A DNA stretch of 64,000 bases from assembly GCF_006345805.1 (NCBI RefSeq), contig NC_043011.1:620001-684000 (forward strand). Direction: 5' to 3'. The stretch comes from Octopus sinensis (Eukaryota). Positions 59,364-64,000 of the stretch are shown one piece after another; within the stretch, counting starts at the first letter, position 1; each line of letters begins with the position of its first letter. The position numbers and the translations under genes were made by a program. Below the pieces are notes generated by a model. It had not been told where the DNA came from, searched no databases, and saw only the letters and a list, made by a program, of their open reading frames with translations.

Positions 59364-59712
59364 AGGCGCAGGAGTTGTTGTGTGGTAAGTTGCTTGCTAA
59401 CCAACCACATGGTTCCGGGTTCAGTCCCACTGCGTGGCACCTTGGGCAAGTGTCTTCTGCTATAGCCCCGGGCCAACCAATGCCTTGTGTGTGCGTGTAT
59501 GTTGTGTGTCTGTGTTTGTCCCCCTAGCATTGCTTGACAACCGATGCTGGTTTGTTTACGTCCCCATTACTTAGCAGTTCGGCAAAAGAGACCATTAGAA
59601 TAAGTCCTGGGCTTACAAAAGAATAAGTCCCGGGGTTGAGGTGCTCGATTAAAGGTGGTGCTCCAGCATGGCCACAGTCAAATGACTGAAACAAGTAAAA
59701 GAGTAAAAGAGT
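59364..59712 (+). mobile_element. SINE family A (internal deletion)
   Basis: Head and tail present; AAGGATTTGG...AAAGAAGCC-type middle segment missing. Confidence 0.88.
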
Positions 59713-59977
59713 AAGTTAAATAGGTTAACGTGAATGAAAATGCTTGACAATGGTGCATTGCACCCAAGGGCAAATATTAAAAGTTATAATGCTATATACA
59801 CTATGGAACGTAGGAGGATGGGAAGTTATATGTGAAAAATTGTGTGACTAGCGGGATGCAAGTGTTTAGATTTGTGTTTGGCCAGTTGTAGGGAAAAACT
59901 TTCAAAGTATGTTGTCAGATGCAGAGGCCTATGCGTAGAGATTATTGAAAGTAAACAAAATTATGAAGTGTGGCTGT

Positions 59978-60368
59978 TACTCTTTTACTCTTTTACTTGT
60001 TTCAGTCATTTGACTGCGGCCATGCTGGAGCACCGCCTTTAATCGAGCAACTCGACCCCAGGACTTATTCATTTGTAGGCCCAGTACTTACTATATCGGT
60101 CTCTTTTGCCGAACCACTAAGTAACGGGGACATAAACACACCAGCATCGGTAGTCAAGCAATGCTAGGGGAACAAACACAGACACACACACGCATATATA
60201 TATACATATATACGACGGGCTTCTTTCAGTTTCCATCTACCAAATCCACTCACAAGGCTTTGGTCGGCCCGAGGCTATAGTAGAAGACACTTGCCCAAAG
60301 TACCACGCAGTGGGACTGAACCCGGAACCATGTGGTTGGTAAACAAGCTACTTACTACACAGCCACTG
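59978..60368 (-). mobile_element. SINE family A, full-length
   Basis: Reverse complement of the family consensus. Confidence 0.9.
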
Positions 60369-61141
60369 CTGAGAAGCTGTGCATGAGGGAGGATATGTAA
60401 TTACATGGTCAATTCAAAAGACAAATGAAGGAAGTAAAAGCAATGGTTACCTTAAGAGAGACACAGAAAATATGTTGGTGACTGTTTAGGCTCAAGCACT
60501 AAACACAAACTGTATATAACCTAGATTAAATAACTAAGTGAAGATTATGTAGGAAGTGTGAGTGTCTGGGACATGCTTGCACAGAGAGAATATAAAAGGT
60601 CTGATGATGAAGTGTGCTTACACCTGCACTGGTCTTTATGCAAGAAATATGGGTTTCCACCACTGAGAGATGGTATCAGCACAAGCCAGAGAAGGTCCCA
60701 GAAAATCAGACAGAAAATCTTGTGGGGCTTTACAATCCAGACAGATTGAATTCTTGAACATACAAGCCATATGTAATTCTGGTGGGAAAAGGCACTGTAA
60801 GACAGTGCTTGCTGAGCAATGTAGCTTGCCCAGGAGATCATTATATCAATTTTAAAGAAAATGAAAAGATCGTAATGTATGCTGGCTTAAGAATAGATGT
60901 AGAAAAAATGTGGAATATGAGAGCAAGAGCGGTACCAATTGTGATTGGAGCATTTGGCTCACTGACAAAAAGTCTTCAGAACACCTTGATGCAAATGGAA
61001 TCCTAGTATTATGACACTGAAAAGGTCAATACTTTTGGGAACAGCAAATATCCTACAAAAAGTAGTCTGAGGTTACACAACTTGATAGGGAGCCAATTAA
61101 GTGACCAAGGGTTGACAAGATAATCATTGTGCAAATGAAGG

Positions 61142-61176
<35 letters not shown>

Positions 61177-61180
<4 letters not shown>

Positions 61181-61415
61181 CATTGTTCGACCGTGGTCGA
61201 GACAATGGAATTTACCATGCTACGCCAGACTTCACGGTCCATCATGGCATTACAGAGGTCCTGTTGCTGGATGCCTGTATCCCTGGAGATTACATCAGGG
61301 TAGGAGAGTGTGCACCCTCTGGTATTGCGAGTAGATGGCTTCCAGAGGAGAAGAGTAGAAATTACCTCTTTTTCGGCTCTACAACAATGTCCAGCAAACT
61401 GGACTCTCCTACCTT
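61177..61415 (-). pseudogene. RTE-clade LINE extreme 3' end within (TAC)n
   Basis: RRVQFAGHCCRAEKEVISTLLLWKP...YPDVISRDTG...AMMDREVWRSMV; (GTA)n on both sides. Confidence 0.85.
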
Positions 61416-61416
61416 T

Positions 61417-61493
<77 letters not shown>

Positions 61494-61495
61494 AC

Positions 61496-61545
<50 letters not shown>

Positions 61546-62302
61546 TAATAATAATAAAATAATAATAGTTTTTAATTTAGGTACAAGACCTGGTGTACTA
61601 GACTAGTACTTTATCAAATTCTGAAGGACGAAAGGCAAAGTTGACTTTGGTCGAGTTTGATGTCAAACTGGAAAGAACTGTGACAATGATGCAAGGTATT
61701 TTGTCCAATGTTCTGTTTGCAAGGCATTTTGTCCAGTTCTGTTTGTCCACCAATAATAACGACAATCTTTTTTAATTTTCAAAAGGACTAAGAATGATTA
61801 GGAGAGCATTACAAAATATATCAAGCCAAACATATAAATGTGCATAAATGTGAATGAGCGATTTATATACGCAAAATGGAATGGATGAAATAAAGAAATG
61901 TCTAGAACTTTCAGAAATGTGCAATTTGAGAAAAATGCAGAATTTGAAGCAGATAGACAAAAAAAGACAAGGTGGTATTAATGTCTTATGTTTCCACCGT
62001 CAGCAACACCAGCACTAACTACTCCAGTAAGATATAGTTATGTTACTGATATATATGCTTAATACGTAGCCAGTAGAGAGAATGTGTAGAGCTGTTGTTG
62101 AAAACTATGAACAGATGTAATGTTTTACAATTCTAACAAAATTAGAGGATCAATTGAGATTTGCCTGAAGCTGTGCACATAATATAGATTATCAAATGAA
62201 AACTGTTTCTGAGAAGATAATGCTTCGGATTATATTGCACTTCTCTCCTTTTTCTTGTTTTCAAGTAGTTTCTTTCCATGGGAATGTAGACTAATAATGA
62301 TA

Positions 62303-62381
<79 letters not shown>

Positions 62382-62478
62382 TAAAAACGGTAAGATAACA
62401 AAAGAAAGGAAGAGACCTCAATATTATGTAAATAGAGGAAATTTATCTGTAAAATAGTATGTGACAATTATTCGGTTG

Positions 62479-62546
62479 CCAAGATAAAACTCTGAGTTTC
62501 GGATGCCAAAGTGGAAATTCACAACACCATCTCTTCAGTTATCTGG
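62479..62546 (-). ncRNA. Near-canonical minimal type I hammerhead motif in a Penelope pLTR
   Basis: CCAGAUAA-CUGAAGA-GAUG...CAUCC-GAAA-CUCAGAGU-U-UUAUCUUGG. Confidence 0.7.
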
Positions 62547-62571
62547 CCATAATTGTCACATATTATTTTAC

Positions 62572-62641
<70 letters not shown>

Positions 62642-62667
62642 TTTATTAAAAGCAGCAACAATATTAC

Positions 62668-62712
62668 AAAACTATTACTCAGACTTTCCTGTTCCCGTTC
62701 GTCGGACAGTTT
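62668..62712 (-). ncRNA. Type I hammerhead-like motif with CCGACGA core
   Basis: AAACUGU-CCGACGA-ACGGGAACAG-GAAA-GUCUGAGU-A-AUAGUUU; the truncated paralog at 63406-63432 reads GGAACGU-GAAA-CUCUGAGU-A-ACAG. Confidence 0.55.
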
Positions 62713-63104
62713 GTTTAGAATGGAACAAAATAAGGTTATAAGCAAACGTATACAATTAGTTGGTCCTTTCAACTAACGGTCTTTACAATGACCAGTTGCA
62801 TGCAATGAACAGATTTCAGTATAAAACCATCTTATTATAAAATCAAAGAAAGCCTTAAATCAAAAATAGCTTATAAAGAAGGAAAAGTCCTGAATACCCA
62901 GGGTAAATAATTATCTGTAAAATATTAATTAATTTTCACATTGGATTACATATACATTTAGCAGTATATGCACATACCAAACCATTTATAATATACACAT
63001 ATACACTAAACATACAGATGCATGTACATAGCTACATACATATACAGAAATATATATAAATAAGATATAAATATATACACAAATGCATAGGCAGATATAT
63101 ATAT

Positions 63105-63380
63105 TCTGTGCCGGTGGCACGTAAAAAGCACCATCTGATCGTGGCCGTTGCCAGCCTCCTCTGACCCCTGTGCCGGTGCACGTAAAAAGCACCCTCTACA
63201 CTCACGGAGTGGTTGGCGTTAGGAAGGGCATCCAGCTGTAGAAACACTGTCAGGTTAGACTGGAGCCTGGTGCAGCCTCCTGGCTTCCCAGACCCTGGTC
63301 GAACCATCCAACCCATGCTAGCATGGAAAACGGACGTTAAACGATGATTAGGATGATGATGATGATGATGAAGATGATGA
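63105..63380 (+). mobile_element. RTE LINE 3' UTR with (GAT)n tail
   Basis: Same family as 43494-43786. Confidence 0.8.
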
Positions 63381-63399
63381 TATGTACGTCCACATATGC

Positions 63400-64000
63400 A
63401 CAAACAGGAACGTGAAACTCTGAGTAACAGTCTTTGTGATATTTTTGCTGTTTTTTAATAAAGCATGTTGCTCTACCTCTAGTATTCAAATTCTATTTTT
63501 TCCACCTTGTTTCACATTTATGTGCTTGCTCTGGTGTAACCCGCTCCATTTTTAGAAAGTTTGAGCGACTCTCCACAAATAGGAAGAAGAAACAGCTGAA
63601 AGAAATGGAACTTCGAAAAAACGGAGGAGTTTATCCGAAGAATGAGATGGAAAGCCTTCTTCTTTGATACAAAGCAGAAATCTAACGGAAGCAAATATGG
63701 ACTTAAATCTTCCAAAAATCCAACACCTATTTTGGAATTGGAAGCTTTGAAAAAGACTTTTTCAGGCTAATGAGAAAAATTAAATTCTGCAAATTCTGCA
63801 AATTCAACAACCAACTTCAGAGAGATTTGAAAGAAAAAATTAGATCATAAAGAACTCGGATAAGATCATCGTAAATCCGACAAGACAAAAAACTTATACA
63901 TGGTTGACAAAGATATTTATAAACGTCTACTTTTCGAACAGCATTACAGACACCTACAACAAAGATAACACGAATTTATATAAAGAGGTGAATTTGGAGG
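63400..64000 (+). mobile_element. 5' part of a Naiad-type Penelope-like element (pLTR remnant + degenerate ORF), continues past the window
   Basis: EEFIRRMRWKAFFFD...LEAFEKD...DKTKNLYMVDKDIYKRLL across frameshifts; preceded by a pLTR with a hammerhead remnant. Confidence 0.65.

Larger units (their letters stand above)
58670..61130 (+). pseudogene. Ancient R4/Dong-like element interrupted by three later insertions
   Basis: YLLFMDDLNL, KYLGIL, GALHPRAN, LAQREYKR...HWSLCKKYG, VPIVIGAFG in collinear order; bounded by (AAT)(GAT)n and (TAC)n. Confidence 0.75.

Overview
AT-rich, repeat-saturated metazoan DNA. The SINE families, RTE 3' UTRs and TTAGGG tracts suggest an octopus or other cephalopod genome (inference). 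I could not support any host protein-coding exon; nearly all recognisable sequence is transposon-derived or microsatellite. Main contents: decayed mariner and Tc1 elements (1.5-6 kb); six copies of a ~410-bp MITE carrying telomeric (TTAGGG)n with 8-bp TSDs, plus a related foldback element (6.4-24.5 kb); a nearly intact R4/Dong-clade non-LTR retrotransposon in a (TAA)n microsatellite (17.3-21.3 kb) and three older relatives; CRE-, HERO/NeSL-, CR1- and RTE-type LINE remnants; two non-autonomous Helitrons; about 20 tRNA-derived SINEs; and many Penelope-like (Neptune/Naiad) remnants with hammerhead-like motifs and fold-back duplications. The top candidate for something new is a pair of sequence-unrelated repeats (30.2 kb minus strand, 33.7 kb plus strand) in which the hammerhead core elements (NUH, GAAA, CUGANGA, stems I and III) occur in a non-circularly permuted order. 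All structure and family calls were made by eye and need computational and experimental confirmation.
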